64,000 nt of DNA. Source: Selaginella moellendorffii. Lineage: Eukaryota; Plantae; Lycopodiophyta. Below the pieces are notes generated by a model that made no database searches, was not told the origin of the DNA, and saw nothing but the letters and a program-made list of their open reading frames with translations. Shown one piece after another: positions 23,009-33,819 of the stretch; the stretch's first letter is position 1; each line of letters starts with the position of its first letter. Made by a program: the position numbers and the translations under genes. The DNA lies in NCBI RefSeq assembly GCF_000143415.4, contig NW_003314312.1, positions 797,510 through 861,509 of the forward strand, given 5' to 3'.

Positions 23009-23996
23009 ACTGGAAGTGAGTTAAATAGTGTTTGTGTGTAAAAATAGATTTTCTCTTCCACCTCAAATTCTTGAATGTGGAATTCATGGGAGGTGAAGCA
23101 ATTTCGAAAGTTGATGTCTCAATCAAGGGCATTAATTTATCTCGGTTCAGAGTTCAAAAGTGAATCTAAAACATTGATCCCACAGAAAGAAGAAAGAAAA
23201 CGCACTGGTGCATTTGACTGTAAAGGAATGTGGTTCATTCTTCACCTTGAACTTTGAGGAGATTAATTCTCTTCCTAAGAGTTTGAAAATGAACGTGCGT
23301 CATCACATTTTAAAGAGTGGAACTCTGAAAAAAACCATTTGTTTTATTCCTCTCAACAGGAGGAGACTTGAACGAAGTCACTTTTCAATTGCAGGATAAA
23401 AATGATGTTTTGACGAAGTGAGTTCTTTACTAGAGCTGAGAGCCACAGTATCAAACTAGATTTAATTTGTTTAGAAGAATGTATAATGCTATTCAAGCTT
23501 CAAAGTTTAGAAAAATGGTCCGTGAACGTACACTGACCTTTCAATCTTACCATGGATTTAAGCGATCAATGTAAGCTTCTTTGGTCTCCCAGCTAGAATG
23601 GATTTGACAAAGTTGATGGCCAGTCGCGATTGTGGTCCTTCTGGGTAAAAGTTTAAGTCAAGGACGCTTCTTTGGTCTCCCAGCATGGGTTTTGTCAGCG
23701 ATTTCAAAAAGCTGCAACTCATCAAATGACGTCAAATGTGAGGCACGAGAAAGGGAAGCCCATGTGAAAGTCCAGTGTATGCTCTGAAAACTTTCTATAC
23801 AATGCAAGAGAGAAGCTTTGAAATGGTCTTCGATTTGGCAATTTAGCGGTGGCTAAACTGTAGAATCCAGCTATAAAAACCGCCACAAAGTTCGAACGTG
23901 AGCAGCAAGGCATCTCGCAGCGTGTTCTTCGGAGTTGCAAAGTCTCAGCAAAGGTTCAAGAAAAAATCTCGATCCATTTTTCCTCCTTTTGCAAGC

Positions 23997-24335
23997 ATGA
24001 AGAAGGTGACACTCTCAACTTGTGGGAGCTGCGAGGGAAAGACTGATGCGCTTAAGAAGATCAAAGGTATGTGGATTGGAAATTTGAAAGCTGATATCGT
24101 TTCTTGTTTTTGAACAACAGGGGTTGATAAGGTGGAATGGGAGTCGTCAAGCCTGGTAGTGATCGGCAAATTTGATGTGGACGACGTGGTCAAGGCGATG
24201 GATTGCCACCACAGCATTCTTCGTTCTGTCGAGAACGATTATGAGCCCCCAAAGAAGGACAAGGAGAAGAAGGGCGGTGGTTCTAGCGTTGTATATGTTT
24301 ACACCCACACCTACAATCACTACAATTGCAAGTGA
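23997..24335 (+). CDS. Small HMA-like protein, copy E (duplicate of C)
   Basis: Translation identical to copy C. Confidence 0.78.
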
Positions 24336-25143
24336 ACTTCAGGAGTTTCTGATCTAAAAGCCAAGTTCTTAGGGTTTCTTATTTCGCATACTTTAGTTTA
24401 AAATTTAACCCTCAATTTAACGTAAGGGTTTAAGGATGGAATTAAATTTTCAAAACTTGAATATTTTTTGATCAAACTGATGAATAATGCCGGTGCTCAG
24501 CCGTAGTCAATACGATCGGTGTGGAGTTCTAGAATAGTAAACTAGCAGAGTTTTTTCCTACCTTACCTTTTTTATGTTATAAAAAACAACCATCGATTAA
24601 CTGGTCCGAACTCACGGGAAACAGCTTTTTGGGGCCGAAATTTCCACGAAATTGTTCCCGCAAGGACAATTATGAGAGAGTAGAAGAAGGAACATCATGA
24701 AGTTCATCCCACGGTGCCACGCGATGTGCGGAATAGTGGCAACGACCACTTCTAGTAGGGAATCACCCATTTGCTGCTGTATGATTTGCTGCTCAACTTG
24801 AGTTCTAGGCTCAAACGCGACAATCTTTTGCGGCTTTGATGAATCGGTCTCTCAGCTAGTTGGAATGTCCTCTTCATAAGAAGAATAGACTGTTAAAGTT
24901 GCAACAACGCGGATCTAGACAGCGTGAAATTTTCTTCTGCATTGTGGTCGTCTTTGACTATTCGCTGAAATCGCGAGGAATTTGGTGGTGACGCGTCGTC
25001 CTACAAAGACTGTACCGTAGAATCAAGCTATAAAAACCGCAAACGTAGCAGCAAGGCATCTCGCAGCGTCTTTCTCGGTTTTCTGAGCAAACATCTTGAG
25101 CAAGCAACTAGTAATCTCGATCCATTTTCCTTTCCTTGCAAGC

Positions 25144-25482
25144 ATGAAGAAGGCGACACTCTCAACTTGTGAAAGCTGCAAGGGGAAGACCGACGCGCTC
25201 AAGAAGATCAAAGGTATAGCACAATCTTTGCATTGGATCGCGGCCCTGATTCCATGAAATCTCTGAACAGGGGTCGATAAGGTGGAGTCGGAGTCGTCAG
25301 GCCTGGTGGTGATTGGAAAATTTGATGTGGACGACGTGCTAAAGGCGATGGATTGCCACCACAGTGTCCTTCGTTCCATCGAGAACAATTACGAGCCCCC
25401 CAAAAAGAAGGAAGACAAGAAGGAGGAAGGTTCTAGCGTTATATATGTGTACACCCACACCTACAACCAGTACTGGAAGTGA
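25144..25482 (+). CDS. Small HMA-like protein, copy F (intact relative of B and D)
   Basis: MKKATLSTCESCKGKTDALKKIK|GVDKVESESSGLVVIGKFDVDDVLKAMDCHH...YTHTYNQYWK*. Confidence 0.8.
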
Positions 25483-26119
25483 GTTAAAATAGTGTTTGTG
25501 TATAGAAGTAGTTTTTCTCTTCCACTTCAAATACTTGAATTCATGGGAGGTGAAGCAATTTCGAAAGCTTGAAACCGATGCGGTTCAGAGATCAAAAGCG
25601 AATCTAAAATATTGATCCCGCAGAAAGAAGAAAGAAAACACACCGGAGACTCTATGGTGGCTCTCAGCTCTAGTAAACTTCTCACTTCGTCAAAACATCA
25701 TTTTTATCCTAAAAGTGATCCTCCTCCTGTTTAGAGAAATAAATGGTTTATTTTCTGAGGAGTTCCAAGTGAGTTCCAGGCTATGCGATTGGAATTGTTT
25801 AGAAGATTATATAATGCTATTCAAGCTTCAAACTTTAAAAAAATGGTCCGTGAACGTGGACTGACCTTTCAATCTTACCTTCTTTTCTGGATTTAAGCGA
25901 TCAATGTAAGCTTCTTTGGTCTCCCGGCTCGAATGGACTTTTTCTTCCAGCGATTTCAGAAAGGGAGCACGAGGGTGTCAAGTTGCAACACCAAAACAAA
26001 TCCATGATGGCACGAGATTTAGACGCGTCGATAAAACTGTGATCCGTGTGGAAATTTTCTTTTAGGTGAAATGGCTTCCGCCAGAAACGGGCCTCGTAAT
26101 TTGAACTAGCGAGGAATTT

Positions 26120-26270
26120 GGAAGTAGACGCGTCGTCTTACGGACTCGTTAGGCCTGGTGGTGATTGGAAACTTTGATGTGGACGACGTGGTCAATGCAA
26201 TGGATTGCCACCATAGAGTTCTTCACTCCATCGAGAAAGATTACGAGGAAGAGGGCCGTGGTTCTGTTCT
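26120..26270 (+). pseudogene. HMA-like copy G, an exon-2 fragment fused to promoter sequence
   Basis: GLVVIGNFDVDDVVNAMDCHHRVLHSIEKDYE directly after the GACGCGTC promoter motif; TATA box and exon 1 deleted. Confidence 0.75.
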
Positions 26271-27024
26271 AAGCAAAAGTTTCAAGAGTTTCGTGAGGGA
26301 TTATTGGATTTTCAACAGATTAAGTGCTCAGGTGTGAATAACTGATAAGATCTACAATGCTCCAGCTGTTGCAGGTCGTACTACCGTAGATTCGCACATG
26401 TATGTATACCTCTAGATTACGTGACAAGGTGGGACGAACCAACAGAGAAAAAACAGAAAACAAATGGAGCCAAGCGCAAGAACAACTTTTTGTTTCGACG
26501 TCGAACTGTTTTTGCCGTGTTCTGAGATCATCATCTGATGGAGAAGGTGACATTGTCTACTTGCGAAAAAAAAAACAGAGATAGATAGATAGATATAGTC
26601 TATAGACATTTGGGCTTGGGTCCTACTCCGGAGAGCCAGGCAAATGCTTATGCATGTAAGATCCTCTTCATCAACTTCATTCTCAACGAAATAAGAGAGG
26701 AAAACAAGATCTGGTTGTGCAAATCAATTTCAATCTTCTTTAGAAATGAGATTTCATCTTTTTTAAAGAACTACGAGTGAAATCTTCTTTTGCATTGCGA
26801 TAGCCTGGTGAAATGGTCTTCCCCCAGAAGCGGGCCTCGTGTTTTGAAGTAGCGAGGAATTTGGTAGTAGACGCGTCGTCCTACGATGGCTTAACGTAGA
26901 ATCCAGCTATAAAATCAGTTCGAAGACGAGCAAGCGCGATAGCAGCTCGGCTAATTTTCCCTAGGAGAGAGCAAGTTTCAAGGAAAAATCTCCCGGTTGG
27001 ATCTATTTTTCTTTTTTTGAAAGC

Positions 27025-27365
27025 ATGAAGAAGGTCACACTCTCTACTTGTTGGAGCTGCGAGGGAAAGATCAACGCCCTCAAAAAGATCAAAGGTATAA
27101 TCTTTGGATTGGATCTGGAGACCATGAATCTGGTGTGGTTTTTTCGACAGGAGTTGATAAGGTGGAATCGGAGTCGTCAGGCCTGGTTGTGATCGGCAAA
27201 TTTGATGTGGACGACGTGGTCAAGGCGGTGGATTGCCACCACAGCGTTCTTCGTTCCGTCGAGAACGATTACGAGCCCCCAAAGAAGAAGGACGAGAAGA
27301 AGGAGGGCGGTGGTTCTAGTGTTGTATACGTTTACACCCACACCTACAATTACTACAGCAAGTGA
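27025..27365 (+). CDS. Small HMA-like protein, copy H
   Basis: MKKVTLSTCWSCEGKINALKKIK|GVDKVESESSGLVVIGKFDVDDVVKAVDCHH...YNYYSK*. Confidence 0.8.
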
Positions 27366-27885
27366 GCTAAAACACTACACAGTCCACTGTTAAGGAGCGC
27401 CAAATTGTGATTTTGGGCAATTGGGATGGATCAAGAGCGAAGAAACCGTTTCAAGAGTTTCGTGAAGGATTGATTGGATCTGGAGAAGCTCAAAATAATA
27501 TTCCCGCGTTTGTGCAAATGCCGGTAGATTTCGGGAACTTTTGCGGGCCTCTCGAGAATAACTTTTTGTTCCGACGTCAAGCTGCTTTTTTGGCCGCCAA
27601 AAGTGGACTGCCATTTTTCGTATGGATGTGAACTTCTACACTGTCGGTCGACGCTGGGAGAAAACACGCCGAAGTAACTACAGGAAGAAGAAAGAGAAAG
27701 AGAAAGCGAGCGTATCGTGTCCCGACGCGTTTTGCTGTTGCGATGGTGTAAGATTTTCGTGCTTAAATAGGGTAGTCGAGTTCCTCAAGAGAGATCAAGC
27801 AAGTGTGTTTTTCCCGAGTGAAGAAAGAAAGCAAGGATTCTGATTTGAGATCGAAGCTCGTTTTTCCACAAGCAAGCAATTCATC

Positions 27886-28277
27886 ATGAAGAAGGTGTCA
27901 TTGTCTACTTGCGCGAGCTGCAAGGGGAAGACTGATGAATTCAAGAAGATCAAAGGTAAGAGCCTGGGAAAATTTCTCTTGTTTGCTCCCATCTAACATT
28001 TGGGTGTGAAAAAACAGGGGTGGAGAAAGTGGAATCCGATTCCTCTGGCCTGGTTGTGATCGGGAACTTCGATCTGGACGATGTTCGCAAGGTGAACAGC
28101 TGCCATCACGGGATCCTCCGCTCGATCGAGAACAATTACGAGCCCCCGAAGAAGAAAGAGGAGAAGAAGGAAGAGAAAAAGAAAGAGGAGAAGAAAGAGG
28201 AGAAGAAGAAAGGAGAGGAGAAGAAGAAGAAAGTTGTGCAAGTCTACACCGACAACTTCAATCTCTACTACAACTGA
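27886..28277 (+). CDS. Small HMA-like protein, copy I (most divergent, long KE tract)
   Basis: MKKVSLSTCASCKGKTDEFKKIK|GVEKVESDSSGLVVIGNFDLDDVRKVNSCHHGILRSIENNYEPPKKKEEKKEEKKKEEKK...FNLYYN*. Confidence 0.8.
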
Positions 28278-28417
28278 AGTGAAAGTTTGAGATGGATCGA
28301 TGCGATAGCGTTTGAATTCTTGTAAAAATCTTCCTTTTTCTCTTAAAAAGAAATTGTCAGTTTTGTATAAATTTTCTTGGGTTTTCCTTTCCTTCTTTGT
28401 TCACGAGGCTCAAAGAT

Positions 28418-28577
28418 TTTGAGAATTTGTGGCCAATTTCAGCGATTGTTCTCTAAGAATTTTCATAGCTGGATTGAGCGCTCCAAAACTTGAAGAATTT
28501 GAGAATTTTTGGCCAATTTCAGCGATTGTTCTCTAAGAATTTCCATTGCTGGATTGAGTGCTCCAAAACTTGATGAG
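28418..28577. repeat. 80-bp tandem direct repeat (2 units)
   Basis: TTTGAGAATTT(G/T)TGGCCAATTTCAGCGATTGTTCTCTAAGAATT...CTCCAAAACTTGA at 28418 and 28498. Confidence 0.85.
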
Positions 28578-29093
28578 ATTTTCTTCCATTCAAACAAGAG
28601 CTGCCACCTAAGAACTGAGGTGACGAATTTCCATGTCTTTCACGTGGCGGCGGGCGATTGACCGCGACTAAAGACCTTGACTCTCATTGAATCTTCGCAA
28701 AGACTTTTCAAAGTCTCAAAGACTTTCAAAGATTTTCCACAGATTTTCCAAGGTTCCAAAGATTTTCCAAAGTTACAATGATTGTCTAAGTTCTTCCAGA
28801 GTTCTTCAAACACTTTCCTCGAGGCACATCAGGAAAATGATGTTTTGCTGTTGCTACATTTTACATTTCATGTTCTAAGAGGAACGAGCAAAAGTATGAT
28901 CGCTCCCAAAAAATTCTCAGATTGTAACTTTTGAGCTTATTGGGATCCAACCATTTGAGAATCGAAGGATGGATGGATCGCCAGTCTTCTTTCTTCTTTG
29001 TCTGCGCGTTTTATACATGTTGAATCGTTCGCCTCACACTCGTAGTTACGACTAAAGAGAGTCTACCACTCATTCGTGATCATCACAGCAAGT

Positions 29094-32000
29094 TCAAAGC
29101 ATCTCTTGGGAATTGAATCGATTCCACGCCACCTGAAAGTGTGAATTCAAGAAGCACAAAATCATCCCTGTGTTGAAACAAAGAGGGATTTGCGAAGAAC
29201 CTGTAAGATGTGGAAGACTTTCTCGGCTATGTACTTTTGCTGGACGCTCGCGTGCTTTTGCTGCATTTTGTCCGGATGAACACACAGCGTTGCTCGTCGG
29301 TAGGCCTTCTTTACTGCGGCTGGATTGATGAGCTCGGTGAGAGTTACTTGCTTCCATCCAGATTCCGGCCACAAAACCTGTGAGATCGATGGAGCAGTGT
29401 AAAGGAAACTAGAAGAGAACACGAAGAAAAGTTTGGATCTTACGTATTGGAGTGTTGAAAGGAGAGCTCGAATGTTGCCATCTTTTCCTACAGACCACCG
29501 TTTGATATCGCTGTCGAGTCTCTCGGCCAATCTCTGGAAGCAAAGAAAGTTTTGAATTTTTCTTCTTTGGTCGGTGCCGACTTACTTGTCTTTCGGCTTG
29601 CTCGGATTGGAGCTCCAGATCGCGCTTGTTCTTTTGTGCCAAAGCCTGTGCCTGCAAACAAAATCCATTTTTTCTAAGCCCCGAGAAGGAAAAAGAAGAA
29701 TTTTTCCACATACTGCGCGGTTTTGGGTTCTCCGGTAGCGTTCCAAGCGAGCTTTCCTTCGCTCTGGCGTCTCTCCTTTCAACTCTTGGAAATCCTCGCG
29801 AGAGAAACCTGGGACACGAAAGAGACTGGCTAAGAACAATGGAAGGAAGCAACACGACGTACTGCTGTTTGAGTTGACATTGCTGGTTCGATCGCTCTCC
29901 AAGTTTGTGCTCGAACTTGTCCTCCGAATGCCTCCATTCTCGGTTTGGCTTCCAGACGTAGGCATCGATGCCTGGAAAAGGAAGAAACAAGAACAAAGTT
30001 GGAAAAAGTGCAAATCGAGAACAACTTCGAGACCGAAACAAGCTGGATCTCGAAAACAAAAACCCGAGAATGTGAGAGGAAGAACAACTCAAAGTTGGCA
30101 AAAGTTGGAAGAACCACGACCTCGAACGAGAAATGGAGAAAAAGAAAGATCTCTTACCGAGTTTGCGAAGCGTTGCTTGGGAGCGCTCGTCGGCCTGGAA
30201 GAGCTGGAAGACACTGGAGCTCGAGCAGCATCGTAGGCCGCTCGCTCGGCTCTCGCCCGTGCCTCGGCGTTGGCTCGCTCCACCGCCGCTCTCTCCATTT
30301 TCAACCGCGCCGCCACCTCCGCCGCCGCCACCGCCGCCTCCACTTCGGCTCTCTCCCGCGCCGCCTTCTCCTCCAGTCCCACTCGGTCCTTCTCTCGCTC
30401 GATCTCCCTCTCTCTCTCCAGCTCCCTCTCCAGCCTCTCCCTCTCCCTTTCGCGCTCCTTCTCTAGCCTCTCCAGCCTCTCCCTCTCGCGCCTCCTCGCA
30501 GCGTCGATCCTCTCGAGCCTCTCTCGCTCGCGCTCCTCCCTCTCGCGTTCTATCTTCGCCACTGCCGCTCGCTCGCGAGCCTCGGCTCGCATTCTCTCCA
30601 CCAGTGATCTATCCTCGCGGAGCGCTCTCCCGAATTGGCGGTGGTGCTCGCTATCCTTTGGATCGTCACGAGGAGTAGTAGCAGAAGAGCTCTCGGATCG
30701 CGCCAGCCGCTCCTTCTCGAGCTGTTCGCGCAAAGAAACGCGCGTTCCTCCTCCTCCGCCACCTTTTGCTGTGGACGAAGAACTTGGCGACGAGGACGAC
30801 GATGCCGGGTTTGCTCGATCCTCGAGCTCCTTGGCTACCACTTCGCTGCTCGATTGCTCTCTCAATCGAGGTTTGGTCCGCCGCTGCTGCTGCTGCTCGC
30901 TCGATGATTTCTTTCGATCCATAGCCGCTGCTCTCTCGGCCTTGGCCTTTGCTTCCAGCGCCGCTCTCTCGCGAACCTCGGCTGTGATCCTCGCCACCAA
31001 GCTCCTCTCGCGTGACCTTCGAGCTTCTTCCATAAGCTCTCGCTTTCGTTGCTCCTCGATCGTCCTCCTCTCCTCCGCTTCCAAGCTTTTGTTGCTCTTC
31101 TCGTGATCTCGCATTGTCGATTCAAGTCTCTCTGGAGTCTCTGGAGCCGCCTCTTCCTGATGATCCTTGGCCGCTGCTCCGGATCCAGGAGCGTTGCTGG
31201 ATGATCCGGGGGTACTCGCGCTCCGCTGGTTCGTCGTGAAGCTATCGATGCTCAGGATGGATTCGCTGTCGGTGGTCTGGTCCTTCTCGTGACTTGTTGC
31301 CACTGCTTCCGCTAGCTTGTGGATTTGCGGCGCTCCTCCAGCTTCTCCGGAGCTCGACAAACGTTCTTGATCATCATCCTTGTTCTCGAAAGTTGGCGGC
31401 GCTAAATCATTATCGGTCGAGCCTTGCTCCTGCTCCAAACCACTGCTCGATCGAGCTCCTGCTTCCTCGCGCTCCATAACGTCATTGCTTGATGGAGCTC
31501 CTGCTTCCTCGCGCTCCGGAACGTCATTGCTCGATCGAGCTTCTTCTTCCCGGAACATTGGACTGGAGGTAGAAGCATCGATGGCTTCGCTAGAGCTCTT
31601 CTCGGCTTCTTCTACTTCCGATTTGATCACCTTGCCATCACCTTCCACAGCTGCTCTAGCCTCTTCTTGCGATCCAGTCATGCTTTCTTCGATTGGAGCT
31701 GCCACCTTTTCCTCCTCGTTCAGCCTGATAGTTTGCTCGCCATCTTTGCCATCCTCGCGAGAAGATTGGAACACGGCAGCCCTCGCATCTCTCTCGATGT
31801 GCTCCAGCGCCGCTCTGTCAGCTCTCACTTTGGCTTGCTCCGCCGCCGCCACCTCCACTTCCGCTGCAATCCTGTCGATGGCTGCTCGCTCCGCTCGAAG
31901 TTTGCTCAGCGTCTCGGCTCTTGTCTTGGAGCTCGGATGAGTATCCGGCTTGACGTAGCTCGGTGGTGGAGACGAAGGAGAAGTTAGCTTCTCCTCCTCG

Positions 32001-33134
32001 GCCAAGTTGTGCTTTTGCCAGTCCAAAACTTTCTCCCTGATGCTCAGCTCCGCGTGAGCGCTTCTCTCCTTGAGAACTCGCTCGAGCAGCTCGGACGATG
32101 AGTTTTGTTGCAAAGGTGGAGGAGTTCGCACCGGCGGCGGCCCCGAGTCCGAGTGAGTCCTTTCCAGGCAAGCTTCTTCGAAAGAACTTTGATTGGAAGC
32201 TCGCGATCGAGCTGGTGCCGCTCGCACTGGAGGAGGAATATCGGATGGCCTGGTCGTCAGGCTCACTTCACCAACACTCACCCAAGCTCTCTCGAATTGA
32301 TCGTTCGAGAGATCTTGATGCTGCTCGCCGTTTTGTGACATTCCAAGGAACGATCCTTGTGGCTTCTGTGGATCAAACAAAAGATGGAAGTTTACAAGCT
32401 TAAGGAAGTGAGAGAAAAAAAGAGATTGTGATCAGCCAACCTTGAGAGCCGCCACGTCCAAAGCTTGTGGAGGTGCTGGAGCGTCTTTGGAGCTTCCAAC
32501 AGTAGCAGCACTGCACAAGAAAAGTTTGTGAGCACTTGAAAGATAGGAGAAAACAATATAAATCTATGGCTATGGCAAGAAGCTTAGTTTGAGTTACATA
32601 CTCTTTGCGTGGAGGAGTCCCAAGACCGGAGGAAGCAGTGGTGATCTTGGCCCCGGCAACATCACCCCCGAACGAAAACGGCCCCGATAAATCATCCGGC
32701 GCCTCACCAAAGATATCCTCATACGTAACTCTCGAGCTGCTCTTCTTGAGAGTTGGAATCCCCCGGAAGATCTCATTGTCTCGGAGCTCCGACACCTTCA
32801 TCCTCGACGAAGGCACCCGGAAGACGTCCTCAAACACCGGGATGGTGGAGTGGACATTGCAAGAGAAAACTTCGTCGTAGACGCTGTAAGACGATCCAAA
32901 ACTGCCATAGCCCGAGGAGTGATTGTGGTGGTGGTTTTGATCGCTCCTGCCGCGAAAGCTTCCGCCAAAATCGCTCTTTCCAAGCTTGGCTCTACCAAAA
33001 CTCTCCGAGAACCTAGCGGAGCTATCAAACTTTGGGCCACTGCCGCTGTTCTTGCTGCCTCTACTGCCAATTCGACCCTTTCCTGCCCGACCAAGTCCAT
33101 AGTCCCGCTCCAAAATGCTACCAAAATCATCCAT
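29094..33134 (-). CDS. Auxilin-like J-domain protein, multi-exon
   Basis: N-terminus [14 protein letters not shown]; long E/R/A-rich coiled coil; C-terminal [20 protein letters not shown]|VLWPESGW...[16 protein letters not shown]...[10 protein letters not shown]|[12 protein letters not shown]. Confidence 0.92.
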
Positions 33135-33799
33135 TTCTTCCCCCTGGAGCTGGAAATCCAAGTTCTAAGTCGAGTTACTCACGAGTGAGAGATGGAGATG
33201 ATCTTCCGGTTAGACCTTCTCCCCCTTCTTCACATCGGCTTCCATATACTCTTGTGTTCTTCTTCCTCCTCCTGTAGCAAAGCCCAGAGAGAAGAGTGAA
33301 AACGTGCATTGACTCTAATAGCTAGAGGCAAAAGGAAGAACTGTTTTTTCTCCTGTTCTAGAAGAAGAATATCCATTTACTCACCTTGCATAGCTCCTGC
33401 CTTTCATGGCCCCGAAGAAAAATTCCACCTCTGGAGAAAAAAAACATGGGAAAGATTTCACTGTTAGTGCCGAGAATGAAGCGAAAGAACCCACAGCTTA
33501 AGCGCAACGCAAGCGCAGTCCATGGAGGAAAAGAGAGGAAAAGGAGAAAAGAATTCACAGATCGTGAGGGCGTGGAGGAGAAAGTGGAGAGTCGAAGAAC
33601 CTGGAAGGAGGAGAGGAAGAACTTTTGCTCCTTTGGCTCGATCAGTCCGTGAACGAGAACCCACCATTCGCTGCTCGTCGGGTAGCAGCTTGTGTGCATT
33701 GTGTGCGCAAGGAAAAAAACAAAAGCTCGGGGCAAAACGAGGAAATGCTGGAAGCGCAAGCTGTTCTTGGGAGAAAAGAGAAGAAGGGATCCTTTTTCC

Positions 33800-33819
33800 G
33801 AGAGAGAGAGAGAGAGAGA
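33800..33819. repeat. (GA)n microsatellite in the auxilin 5' region
   Basis: About 10 GA units. Confidence 0.9.

Larger units (their letters stand above)
18545..24774. repeat. Near-identical tandem duplication with a period of 3115 bp
   Basis: ORF track repeats at +3115 (19060/22175, 20783/23898, 21017/24132); only a few differences seen. Confidence 0.93.

Noticed and set aside
17400-28300. Regularly spaced repeats interpreted as a CRISPR-like array
   Set aside because: The repeats are spliced protein-coding paralogs in eukaryotic DNA; there is no repeat-spacer structure or cas gene
29874-31987. Long plus-strand ORFs rich in S, P, R and A
   Set aside because: Antisense shadows of the low-complexity, GC-rich auxilin-like exon
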